Assembly: GCA_021159365.1 (NCBI GenBank)
Contig: JAGGRY010000003.1
Location: 385-64,384, forward strand
Direction: 5' to 3'
DNA length: 64,000 nucleotides
Source of the DNA: Nitrososphaerota archaeon
GTDB taxonomy: Archaea; Thermoproteota; Nitrososphaeria_A; Caldarchaeales; Wolframiiraptoraceae
Made by a program: the position numbers and the translations under genes
Notes under the pieces: model-generated
The model's input: the letters and a program-made list of their open reading frames with translations, nothing else
The model's database searches: none
Told to the model about the DNA's origin: nothing
Shown: piece by piece, positions 56,008-64,000 of the stretch
Layout of the letters: each line of letters begins with the position of its first letter
Numbering within the stretch: position 1 is the stretch's first letter

Positions 56008-56754
56008 ATGTTAATAGATGTTCACTGTCATTTAACAGCTCCCGAGTTCGAGGGCAGGAATAAGGAGATTATCGAGAAATCCGTTGAGGCTGGTGTTAAG
56101 GCGATCATCACATCTGGATTAGGCTATGAAGATGGGTTAAAGGCTTTGGAGATATCAGACTATAGGATCATCTATCCATCGTTAGGCATGAGCCCATACA
56201 TGTTAGAAGGTTATGAACAGGTTATGGACTTGATAAGGATGCAGTCGAAGAGAATCGTCGCAATAGGTGAGGTTGGATTAGATTATTGGCATGTAAAAGA
56301 TGATGAAGGAAGAGATCGGCAGAAGAGAATCTTCAGAGAATTCATAGAGCTTTCAAAGGAACTCGACCTCCCCCTCGTAATACATTCGAGAAGCGCCGGG
56401 AAATATGCGCTTGAGATACTCTTCGAGATGAAAGCTGAGAGGGTCATCATGCACGCGTTTGACGGAGCAGCGAAGTATGCTGTGAGAGCTGTTGAGAGAG
56501 GTTATATGTTCAGTATTCCTCCATCGATAGCTAGAAGTCAGCAGAAGAGGAATCTCGTTAAGAGGATTCCCTTAGAGAATCTATTACTTGAAAGCGATTC
56601 TCCAGTTCTCTCCCCGATCGCTGGTCAAATAAATTATCCATGGAACATCATAGTCTCCGCGGAGTGGATAGGCAGAATTAAGGGAATTTCTGTCGAGAAA
56701 GTTATCGAGATTACTGGAAGGAATGCGGTTGAGATCCTCGATCTAAAGTTATAG
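56008..56754 (+). CDS. tatD: TatD-family metal-dependent hydrolase/DNase
   Basis: 248 aa. MLIDVHCHL, IGEVGLDY, VIHSR, MHAF, ESDSP. Confidence 0.9.
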   Translation: MLIDVHCHLTAPEFEGRNKEIIEKSVEAGVKAIITSGLGYEDGLKALEISDYRIIYPSLGMSPYMLEGYEQVMDLIRMQSKRIVAIGEVGLDYWHVKDDEGRDRQKRIFREFIELSKELDLPLVIHSRSAGKYALEILFEMKAERVIMHAFDGAAKYAVRAVERGYMFSIPPSIARSQQKRNLVKRIPLENLLLESDSPVLSPIAGQINYPWNIIVSAEWIGRIKGISVEKVIEITGRNAVEILDLKL

Positions 56755-56855
56755 TTTGAGGGCTGTTTAGGATAATACTTGGAGAAGGGGACTTAATTTA
56801 CCTATCCTAAACTCGATGAAAAGGCTAATTAGAGGCGCGATAACTCTATCGCTAG

Positions 56856-57845
56856 ATGAGTTCGAGTCTTGAGGCGATAGCTACCCTGCCATGGGTTGAG
56901 AAATATAGGCCTAAATCTTTAGATGAGATAATAGATCAAGAAGATGTGGTCAATAGCCTAAAGAACATCCTAAAGACGAAAGCCGTTCCCCACATGCTCT
57001 TCGCAGGGCCTCCTGGAGTCGGTAAGACCGCCACCGCCCACGCATTCGCGAGAGACTTATTCGGTGAGAGATATATTGAGGATGGACATTTCATGGAGAT
57101 CAATGCATCCGATGAACGCGGAATCCAGACTATTAGAGAGAAGGTTAAGATGTTTGCTAGACAGATTCCGATGGGCGGGCTTGGATTCAAGATACTCTTA
57201 TTGGATGAAAGTGATCAATTGACCGATGATGCTCAACATGCATTTAGAAGGGTTATGGAGCAGTATTCCGCCACCTGTAGATTCATCTTGGCCGCAAATT
57301 ATAGCAATAGGATAATTGAGCCCATTCAATCGAGGTGCGCGGTCTTCAGATTTAGACCATTATTGAAGAACGATATCATCAAGCATTTAAGGAATATCGC
57401 TGAGAAAGAAGGTTTAGAGATTGATGATCAAGCCCTTGAGGTGATCTATGATTTCTCTGAAGGAGATATGAGGAAGGCGATAAATACGCTTCAAGCATCG
57501 GCGTCGATTTCGAGGAAGATCGATGAGAAGGTTGTCTATCAAGTTATGGGATATGTTAGTAGAGGCGAGGTTAGAAAGATCTTGGAGCTCGCCTTAAGCG
57601 GAAAGTTCAAGGAGATGAGAGACGAGGTTAGAAAACTACTCTATGTTCAGGGAATAATGCCGACGGATCTGATCTCGGCGATCTACAGGGAATTATTCTA
57701 TCTGAATCTCCCCGAGGAAGATAAGCTCGATCTCCTAGACCTCCTCGGGGAAGTTGACTATAGGATCTCTGAGGGCGGAACACCTGAAGTCCAATTGATG
57801 GCTTTCTTGGCCCGGGTCGCTGCGAAGGGTAAGGGATCAAAGTGA
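56856..57845 (+). CDS. rfcS: replication factor C small subunit
   Basis: 329 aa. PWVEKYRP, Walker A GPPGVGKTA, DESDQL, SRC motif (QSRCAVFRF). No intein. Confidence 0.95.
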   Translation: MSSSLEAIATLPWVEKYRPKSLDEIIDQEDVVNSLKNILKTKAVPHMLFAGPPGVGKTATAHAFARDLFGERYIEDGHFMEINASDERGIQTIREKVKMFARQIPMGGLGFKILLLDESDQLTDDAQHAFRRVMEQYSATCRFILAANYSNRIIEPIQSRCAVFRFRPLLKNDIIKHLRNIAEKEGLEIDDQALEVIYDFSEGDMRKAINTLQASASISRKIDEKVVYQVMGYVSRGEVRKILELALSGKFKEMRDEVRKLLYVQGIMPTDLISAIYRELFYLNLPEEDKLDLLDLLGEVDYRISEGGTPEVQLMAFLARVAAKGKGSK

Positions 57846-57851
57846 TGGAAA

Positions 57852-59147
57852 TTGGCTGAGCTTTGGGTTGAGAAATATAGGCCTAAGAAGGTCTCAGAGG
57901 TCGTTGGAAATCATGATTCTGTTAAGGCATTCGTTGAATGGATGAAGAGCTGGGAACTTGGAAAACCATCTAAGAAGGCGGTCTTACTCTATGGGCCGGC
58001 GGGAGTCGGGAAGACGAGCCTAGTCTTAGCTTATGCGAGAGAGCATGGATATGATGTCGTTGAGGTCAATGCGAGCGATTGGAGAAATGAGGAGAGGATG
58101 AAGATGGTGGTCGGAGAATCATCGCTTCAAGCAACATTGGATGGAACAACTAAGAAGATAATCTTAGTAGATGAGGTTGATGGAATCGCTGGACGAGAGG
58201 ATGCTGGAGGACTATCAGCTCTCAGAAAGATAATCGATAACACGAGGACGCCGATAGCCTTGGTCGCGAACAATCCATGGGATCCGAGGCTTGCATCGAT
58301 TCGAGATAGATGCTTAATGCTCCAGTTTAGGAGACTTAGAAAGTCTGAGGTGATTAAGAGGCTTAAAGAAATAGCCTTGGCGGAGGGAATAAAGGTCACC
58401 GATGCCGCCTTGAAGAAGCTCGCCGAACGCTCTGAAGGAGATCTAAGATCAGCGATAAATGATCTACAAGCCATAGCAAGTGGTAGAAAGGTTGTCGACG
58501 TGGATGCTGTTGAGGCTTTAGGCGAGAGAAACAGAGTGAGGGAGATCTTCCAAGCCCTGAGGATAATTTTTAACACAAAGTCTCTTAGGGCGGCGAGAGC
58601 GGCATTAGAGGGTCTTGAAATAGATTTAGACATGGTCTATGCTTGGCTGATCGATAATGTTCCCGAACAGATACCGAATCCGGAGGAACTCGCTGAAGCC
58701 TATGAAGCACTCGCCAAAGCAGACCTATTTTTGGCTAAAGCGAGTAGAGAGCAGAAGTGGAAGCTCACGAGATATGCAATTCCATTAATGACCGGCGGAG
58801 TGGCCTTGGCTAGGAGGACGAAGCCCCATGGATTCGTGAAGTTCACTTTTCCATCCAAGATTAGGTTGATGCAGAAGAGTAGGGCTGAAAGAGAGCTCAG
58901 ACATTCGATAGCCTCTAAGATCGCTGGAAAACTCCACCTATCATCCGCTAAGGCCATCACCCACATGCTTCCATACATATCCTTCATCATGTCTAGAGGT
59001 GATGAATATGCCAAGGCGATGGCGAGCTACTTCGAGTTCACATCAAGTGAGACCAAATACCTAGCTGGAGAAGGCGGCGAGGTTGAGGTAGCCAAAGTAG
59101 CTGTGGAGAAGAAGAGGAAGAGAACTCGGAGAACGAAGAGACGTTAA
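57852..59147 (+). CDS. rfcL: replication factor C large subunit
   Basis: 431 aa. LWVEKYRP, GPAGVGKTS, VDEVDG, and a basic C-terminal KKRKRTRRTKRR tail (PCNA-interaction region). Confidence 0.92.
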   Translation: MAELWVEKYRPKKVSEVVGNHDSVKAFVEWMKSWELGKPSKKAVLLYGPAGVGKTSLVLAYAREHGYDVVEVNASDWRNEERMKMVVGESSLQATLDGTTKKIILVDEVDGIAGREDAGGLSALRKIIDNTRTPIALVANNPWDPRLASIRDRCLMLQFRRLRKSEVIKRLKEIALAEGIKVTDAALKKLAERSEGDLRSAINDLQAIASGRKVVDVDAVEALGERNRVREIFQALRIIFNTKSLRAARAALEGLEIDLDMVYAWLIDNVPEQIPNPEELAEAYEALAKADLFLAKASREQKWKLTRYAIPLMTGGVALARRTKPHGFVKFTFPSKIRLMQKSRAERELRHSIASKIAGKLHLSSAKAITHMLPYISFIMSRGDEYAKAMASYFEFTSSETKYLAGEGGEVEVAKVAVEKKRKRTRRTKRR

Positions 59148-60307
59148 GGTCCTTTACCTTTTTCGAGAATTAATTCCAATTCGCGTCTCAGGATTGAGAC
59201 GGGCATTCCTGGAAGTGAGATGTATGATCTCCTACCCTTAATTCCCTCGCTCTTAACATTTATCCTGATTATCCCTAAGTCATCCAATCTCTGAAGATAT
59301 TCCCAAAACCTAGTATATGCTCTCGGTTGAGTCGAGTATTCTTCGCAGATCATCCTATAATGCTGATGAAGATCATTTGCGGTGATATATGCCTGTCCTT
59401 CTTTCAAGGCCCTACTCAAAGCTAAGAGGATTAATCTCTCATGGTCTCCAAGATATTCGAGATGCTCTCTCCTAATCGCTGGATATATGCTCGCCGAAGC
59501 CTTTCTGACGTGCTCCGGAGTTATCCTTGGAAATCCCTCAGCCTCAGCGTATTTTCCAGCTCTCCAAAGTATGTCGAGAGCATATCGAGCATCTCCCCTC
59601 TCGCCGGCTAAATCCGCTATGAGCCTCAGGGAACTCTCCATCAAGACTCCTGGGATCAGCGCCTCATCAGCCCTAAACTTCACGATATCATATAGTTGAT
59701 CACTGTTGTATTCATCTAGGTGAATTATGTTTCCGAGTAAGGTGCTCCTAGTGCTCTCATCCAATACATCGAACATCTCGGGATTCCTAGTTATCAAGAT
59801 AACGGAGATTCTGGGAACTTTCTCCCTCTCCTCCCCGATCCTGCTGAAGAAATATAGGGCATTCTTCTCCTCCCTGCCTAGAAGCGCGTCGACTTCGTCA
59901 AGGGCCAAGATTCCATAGATGTTCTTCGCTTCAAAATAGTTTAGAATCTTGTGAAGTAGTTCCTCATATGAGTAACCTCTCATCGGTATCCTGGCCCTAA
60001 GCTGTTCAATTATCCTAGTCAAGATGGTGAAGATCGTCTTACTGATCCTGCAATTCACGTAAAGAAATCTTAGATCAACTCCCCTCTTCCTCGCATCCTC
60101 TCTCGCCTCCCTTCCAAAGAGCTTGACCAACGCGCTCTTACCGGTTCCAACAGATCCTGTGATAATCACCCTCGTCGAGATCCTAGATGTTCCGCTGACG
60201 ACTCCGCTGAAGAAGGTCTTCAAGAGCTTAAGCTCACTTTCTCTATGGGGTAAAGCCTTTGGAACATATTCGGGTGAGAGCTTCTCCTCATCTCTGAAGA
60301 TCCTCAT
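59144..60307 (-). CDS. cdc6: Orc1/Cdc6 replication initiator
   Basis: 387 aa. LPHRESELKLL, Walker A GSVGTGKSA, Walker B LDEVD, and a C-terminal winged helix. Confidence 0.95.
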   Translation of the reverse strand: MRIFRDEEKLSPEYVPKALPHRESELKLLKTFFSGVVSGTSRISTRVIITGSVGTGKSALVKLFGREAREDARKRGVDLRFLYVNCRISKTIFTILTRIIEQLRARIPMRGYSYEELLHKILNYFEAKNIYGILALDEVDALLGREEKNALYFFSRIGEEREKVPRISVILITRNPEMFDVLDESTRSTLLGNIIHLDEYNSDQLYDIVKFRADEALIPGVLMESSLRLIADLAGERGDARYALDILWRAGKYAEAEGFPRITPEHVRKASASIYPAIRREHLEYLGDHERLILLALSRALKEGQAYITANDLHQHYRMICEEYSTQPRAYTRFWEYLQRLDDLGIIRINVKSEGIKGRRSYISLPGMPVSILRRELELILEKGKGP

Positions 60308-60326
60308 CCTCTAACGATATCTTTGT

Positions 60327-61262
60327 ATGCGAAGATTTAAGTTAAAAGGAGGAGGTAGAAAATGCGTGAGTTCAGGAAAAGCCGAGCTTAGAGAACTTCT
60401 AGTCAAGTTCATCAAGGTAGTCGCGACGAGACTTCCAGACGACGTCCTTAAAGTTCTCCAAAGAGAAGAGAAGGCTGAGAAAGATCCCATCGCCAAGAGA
60501 TTTTATGGAATTATGCTTGAGAATCTCCGCTACGCAGTTGAAAAGGAGATACCCGTCTGTCAGGACACCGGAATACCATTCTTCTTCATCAAATTGGGGG
60601 TGAGATCCCCATATGTCAGCTTAATACCTTCGATTATCGAGGAATCTATGAAGGTAGCCACGGAAGAAGTCCCGCTTAGACCGAACGCCGTCGATCCTGT
60701 AACCGATGAGAATCTGGGCGATAATGTTGGACCATATATCCCATGGATAGGGTACGAGCTATTACCTGACAGCGACTTAACTGAGATAACTTTGCTCTTA
60801 TCAGGTGGGGGAAGCTCGTTACCTGGAAGATCTACTACCTTTAAGCCTTTGAACGGATTCGAGGAAATGATCGAGTTCGTTGTGGACGCGATCGCCGAAT
60901 ATGGCGTTAACGCCTGTCCACCATTATTCGTCGGAATAGGGATAGGGGCGACCTCCGAGATAGCTTCAATCCTCGCCAAGAGAGCTTTACTGAGGAGAAT
61001 CGGATCCAGAAATAGGAATAATGTTATCGCTGAACTTGAAGAGCTGTTGTTGAAGAGATTGAATGAATTGAAGATCGGAATTCAGGGTTATGGGGTTGGG
61101 AGATCTGTTCTCGACGTCCATATAGAGTATTCCGCAAGACATCCTACAACCTTCGCCGTCGGCCTATCGGTGAACTGCTGGGTTCTCAGGAGAGGAATCA
61201 TGAGACTATATCCTAATGGGAGAATAGAGCTTCCACTTTACAGCGGGGTGAAGTTGAGGTGA
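60327..61262 (+). CDS. fumA: class I fumarate hydratase / Fe-S hydro-lyase alpha subunit
   Basis: VCQDTGIPFFFIKLG, GGGS and FVGIGIGAT motifs. GTG 60366, 10 nt after GGAGGAGG, is a more plausible start than ATG 60327. Confidence 0.88.
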   Translation: MRRFKLKGGGRKCVSSGKAELRELLVKFIKVVATRLPDDVLKVLQREEKAEKDPIAKRFYGIMLENLRYAVEKEIPVCQDTGIPFFFIKLGVRSPYVSLIPSIIEESMKVATEEVPLRPNAVDPVTDENLGDNVGPYIPWIGYELLPDSDLTEITLLLSGGGSSLPGRSTTFKPLNGFEEMIEFVVDAIAEYGVNACPPLFVGIGIGATSEIASILAKRALLRRIGSRNRNNVIAELEELLLKRLNELKIGIQGYGVGRSVLDVHIEYSARHPTTFAVGLSVNCWVLRRGIMRLYPNGRIELPLYSGVKLR

Positions 61263-61948
61263 AAGAGCATAAGATTGAGACGCCGATAAGCGTTGAAGAC
61301 CTCGCTGAGATCAGAGTTGGAGATAGAATCTATCTCACAGGAATCGTCGTGACGGCGAGGGATCTAGCTCATAGAAGAATCGTGGTCGAGAACCTTAAAC
61401 CCCCAATAGACTTGAATGGGTTAGCATTGTTCCACGCCGGCCCAATAGTTAGGAGACTTAGAGATGGTAGGTGGAAAATAGTCTCGATAGGATCGACCAC
61501 CAGCATGAGGATGGAACAGTATGAGGATGAATTCATCCATAAAACCGGGGTCAAATTGATAATTGGAAAGGGATTTATGGGCGAGAAGACCGCGAAAGCA
61601 TGTAAGAGATATGGCGCGATCGTAACTCTATATCCAGGTGGATGCGCAGCCCTAGCTTCAAAGAGTATCCGCGAAGTCCTAGGAGTATATTGGCTCGACC
61701 TTGGAATCCCTGAAGCTCTATGGGTCGTAAGAGTTGAAGATTTCGGTCCCTTAACCGCAACCATCGATCTCAGAGGAGAAAACTTGCTGAACCAGAGAAT
61801 TAAGGAGATAGAATCTTCGAGGAGCAGCGTAACCAAGACATTGAAGCAAGAGATTAAACGGATAATGCGGCCGGCGGGATTTGAACCCGCGACCACTGGC
61901 TCGGGGGGCCAGCGTCCTACCAGGCTAGACGACGGCCGCTCACCTTAA
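61259..61948 (+). CDS. fumB: class I fumarate hydratase beta subunit, with unusual 3' extension
   Basis: GDRIYLTGIVVTARDLAHRR, HAGPIV and IIGKGFMG. The conserved domain ends near aa 175, but the first stop lies beyond an antisense tRNA gene. Confidence 0.8.
   Translation: MKEHKIETPISVEDLAEIRVGDRIYLTGIVVTARDLAHRRIVVENLKPPIDLNGLALFHAGPIVRRLRDGRWKIVSIGSTTSMRMEQYEDEFIHKTGVKLIIGKGFMGEKTAKACKRYGAIVTLYPGGCAALASKSIREVLGVYWLDLGIPEALWVVRVEDFGPLTATIDLRGENLLNQRIKEIESSRSSVTKTLKQEIKRIMRPAGFEPATTGSGGQRPTRLDDGRSP
61866..61939 (-). tRNA. tRNA-Gly (anticodon CCC), no encoded CCA
   Basis: Hand-folded cloverleaf: GCGGCCG TC GTCT AGCCTGGTA GGAC G CTGGC CCCCCGA GCCAG TGGTC GCGGG TTCAAAT CCCGC CGGCCGC A. G1-C2-G3 and A73 fit archaeal Gly identity. 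Confidence 0.85.
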
Positions 61949-62070
61949 ATCCTATCTTTGGATGTATTTGTGGTTTTAGGGTTCTCTTGGTATTAGCTGG
62001 AGATTTCTCTGGGATCTCCCACTTTCAGTCAGCTCTCTAGGATAAATTAAGTGGTCTTGGCCTCCTTGTC

Positions 62071-62613
62071 TTGGGCATGGCGGCAGAGATGGTCGCGGAG
62101 GAGTTTAAGGCTCTGCTGAAGAGAGTTGAAGTCGAGTTCCGGAATTCGCTTGAAGAGGTAATCCTCTCGAAAGATCTCCAAAAGCTCAGTCTCCCTAGCG
62201 GAACTCTGGAGAATCTCAGGGCAGGCTCCCGGCTTAGGGTCTTTAGATGGGTGGCCAAGAAGCTTATTGAGAAGGGAATCGCGAAGCCCGTTGACGAGAT
62301 AATGGATCGAAAGAATATCTTGAAGCTTCGCTGGAAGGAGAAGAATAATCCAAGCGAGCTCCAGCCTCTTCCAGAATACTTCTATCTCAGGGTTAGAGAT
62401 TTACGATCTGAAAAAGATGAAATCCTACCAGATTTAATGGACATCCACGCACTTAGATTGAATAAGCTTATGAATTTAGCGGCAAAGAGGATCTCCCCAA
62501 CAATCTTGGAGAACTTGACCGCTGAGGAAAAAGTCTTCTACCAAACCCTCCTAAGCCTCGTCAATACTTGGTTTAAGTTCATTGAGCCTGGAGGTGGAGA
62601 AGATGAGCGTTGA
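62071..62613 (+). CDS. GINS complex subunit (Gins23-type, B-A domain order)
   Basis: 180 aa. The C-terminal helical LENLTAEEKVFYQTLLSLVNTW is GINS A-domain-like, and the N-terminal LRVFRWVAKKLIEKGIAKPV is B-domain-like. Overlaps the MCM start by 11 nt, the arrangement known for Sulfolobus gins23-mcm. Confidence 0.55.
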   Translation: MGMAAEMVAEEFKALLKRVEVEFRNSLEEVILSKDLQKLSLPSGTLENLRAGSRLRVFRWVAKKLIEKGIAKPVDEIMDRKNILKLRWKEKNNPSELQPLPEYFYLRVRDLRSEKDEILPDLMDIHALRLNKLMNLAAKRISPTILENLTAEEKVFYQTLLSLVNTWFKFIEPGGGEDER

Positions 62614-64000
62614 ACTGGATGTTGAAGAGGAGTTTTCGAGATTCTTTAAGCAAGAGAAGTATAGGTCTCTAATAGCTAATGCGGCGGCTCAGCGGAAGAA
62701 ATCCATAATGGTCGATCACAGCGATCTCATATCATTTAATGAGAAGCTCAGCCACCTAATAGTCGAGGAACCGCTAAAGTATCTTCCAGCCTTGAATAGG
62801 GCGGCGTATAAGCAGTTACAGGTCGAGGACCCGGAATATGCTTCAACAATTAAGGAGTTTAAGGCGAGGATATTCAACCTTCCTGAAAAGGTTCCGATTA
62901 GGGAAGTTAGATCAAATCATTTGAGGAAGCTTATAGCGATAGATGGAATAATTGTTAGGGCTAGTGCGATAAAGCCCATGCTTAAGACGGCGGTCTTTAG
63001 ATGTAGGAGCTGTGGAACAAGATATTACGTCGAACAAGATTCATCTAAGCTGAAAGTTCCTGAAAAATGCACAAGCATCCAATGTAGAGGTAGGAGGAGT
63101 AGATTCGAGCTAGTCGAGGAAGAAAGCGAGTATATCGATTATCAGCTCATCGGAGTTCAGGAGAAGCCTGAAGATCTACCCCCAGGCCAGCTTCCGAGAA
63201 TCATCGACGTCGGGTTAAAAGGAGATATCGTTGATAGGGCTAGGCCTGGCGACCGCGTGATAATAACCGGAATACTCTTCGCCGTTCAAGAGAGGACCGC
63301 GGATACACCAAAAAAGACTTCGAAAATGTATCTTGAAGCCATCAGCATTGAGACTGCCAGCAAGGAGCCTGAATCACTTCAGATAACTCCTGATGAGGAG
63401 AGATTGTTTAAGGAGATGGCGAAAGATCCGAACATCCATCAAAGATTAATCGAATCCGTTGCCCCAAGCATTTATGGATTAGATCACATAAAGAAGGCGA
63501 TAATGCTGCTCTTATTTGGGGGGAGACCGAAACAATTCCCAGATGGGGTAAAGGTTAGAGGAGACATACATATCCTACTCGTGGGAGATCCAGGTACTGG
63601 GAAGAGTCAATTACTGAAGTATGCGGCGATGATAGCTCCAAGAGGACTCTACACCTCCGGAAGAGGATCCACAGCTGCAGGTCTCACTGCGGCGGTTGTA
63701 AGAGATAAGGGTGGTGGAATGGTTCTGGAAGCTGGAGCGCTCGTCTTGGCGGATATGGGAATCGCGTGTATCGATGAGATTGATAAGATGAGGCCTGAAG
63801 ATAGGGTCGCCATCCATGAAGCGATGGCCCAGCAAACGATCAGCATAGCAAAGGGCGGTATAGTTGCTACTCTTAATGCTAGGACCTCTATTCTCGCCGC
63901 GGCTAATCCGACTCTGGGTAGATATGATCCTTATGGTAGTTTCACGGATAACGTTAATCTCCCGATAACTATTCTCTCTAGATTTGATCTGATCTTCGTC
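62603..64000 (+). CDS. mcm: MCM replicative helicase (partial, runs off right edge)
   Basis: Absent from the ORF track because it has no stop in the window. My own translation from ATG 62603: MSVELDVEEEF.., Zn motif CRSCG..CTSIQC, Walker A GDPGTGKSQ, Walker B CIDEIDKM, arginine finger region SRFDLIF. No intein so far. Confidence 0.95.
   Translation, partial: MSVELDVEEEFSRFFKQEKYRSLIANAAAQRKKSIMVDHSDLISFNEKLSHLIVEEPLKYLPALNRAAYKQLQVEDPEYASTIKEFKARIFNLPEKVPIREVRSNHLRKLIAIDGIIVRASAIKPMLKTAVFRCRSCGTRYYVEQDSSKLKVPEKCTSIQCRGRRSRFELVEEESEYIDYQLIGVQEKPEDLPPGQLPRIIDVGLKGDIVDRARPGDRVIITGILFAVQERTADTPKKTSKMYLEAISIETASKEPESLQITPDEERLFKEMAKDPNIHQRLIESVAPSIYGLDHIKKAIMLLLFGGRPKQFPDGVKVRGDIHILLVGDPGTGKSQLLKYAAMIAPRGLYTSGRGSTAAGLTAAVVRDKGGGMVLEAGALVLADMGIACIDEIDKMRPEDRVAIHEAMAQQTISIAKGGIVATLNARTSILAAANPTLGRYDPYGSFTDNVNLPITILSRFDLIFV

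Noticed and set aside
58127-58633. 168-aa minus-strand ORF inside rfcL. Similar long antisense ORFs lie at 17738-18268, 25137-25616, 60560-60979 and 61369-61896.
   Set aside because: All lie opposite confidently identified genes (RFC-L, ABC ATPase, AOR, fumarase). They have S/L/A/P-rich antisense composition and no independent start context.
60308-60365. Replication origin directly upstream of cdc6
   Set aside because: The spacer is at most 58 bp, with no repeated ORB-like elements or AT-rich stretch. It is mostly an SD/TATA region for the divergent fumarase gene.
1-64000. Scan for CRISPR arrays, cas genes, transposases/integrases, prophage or rRNA genes
   Set aside because: No regularly spaced direct repeats, IS-type inverted repeats, recombinase motifs or rRNA-like sequence were seen by eye. 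A repeat finder would be needed to be certain.

Overview
Compact archaeal chromosomal segment with about 70 genes. Many neighbouring genes overlap by 4 nt, and SD-like GGAGG motifs precede many starts. Archaeal information-processing markers are TBP, aEF-2, RFC small and large subunits, Orc1/Cdc6, a GINS subunit fused in an operon with MCM (partial at the right edge), class-I CCA-adding enzyme, Taw1 and ribosomal protein uS4. A crenactin (archaeal actin) gene and the Gins23-type GINS-MCM arrangement point to a TACK-lineage archaeon. The proteins look Korarchaeota/Thermoproteales-like to me, but that is recognition by eye, not a search result. The rest is mostly metabolism and transport:
- lipA-lpd-lipB
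- four-subunit 2-oxoacid:ferredoxin oxidoreductase
- tungsten AOR with its radical-SAM maturase
- MoaB/MoaC
- class-I fumarase
- Fe-ADH, glyoxylate reductase and IMPase
- polar-amino-acid ABC, ABC-2, ZIP and MFS transporters
- six radical-SAM enzymes
I saw one tRNA (Gly-CCC, minus strand). I saw no rRNA, CRISPR array, transposase or integrase. I did not find a clear-cut new defence-type system. The most interesting items are:
- the crenactin operon with two uncharacterised, translationally coupled partners
- a thpR-cca-kinase-like-MTHFS-like cassette
- a divergent pair of DUF72 genes with SWIM-like and DUF2795-like tails
- a 935-aa membrane-anchored metzincin with six tandem repeats
- a fumarase beta CDS that reads antisense through the tRNA gene
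- a tRNA-Gly with an apparent C33
- an ABC binding-protein gene whose signal anchor has no in-frame start
- two decayed genes (a PIN toxin and an Ldh_2 remnant)
All functional calls come from motif recognition in the supplied translations and need profile searches to confirm.
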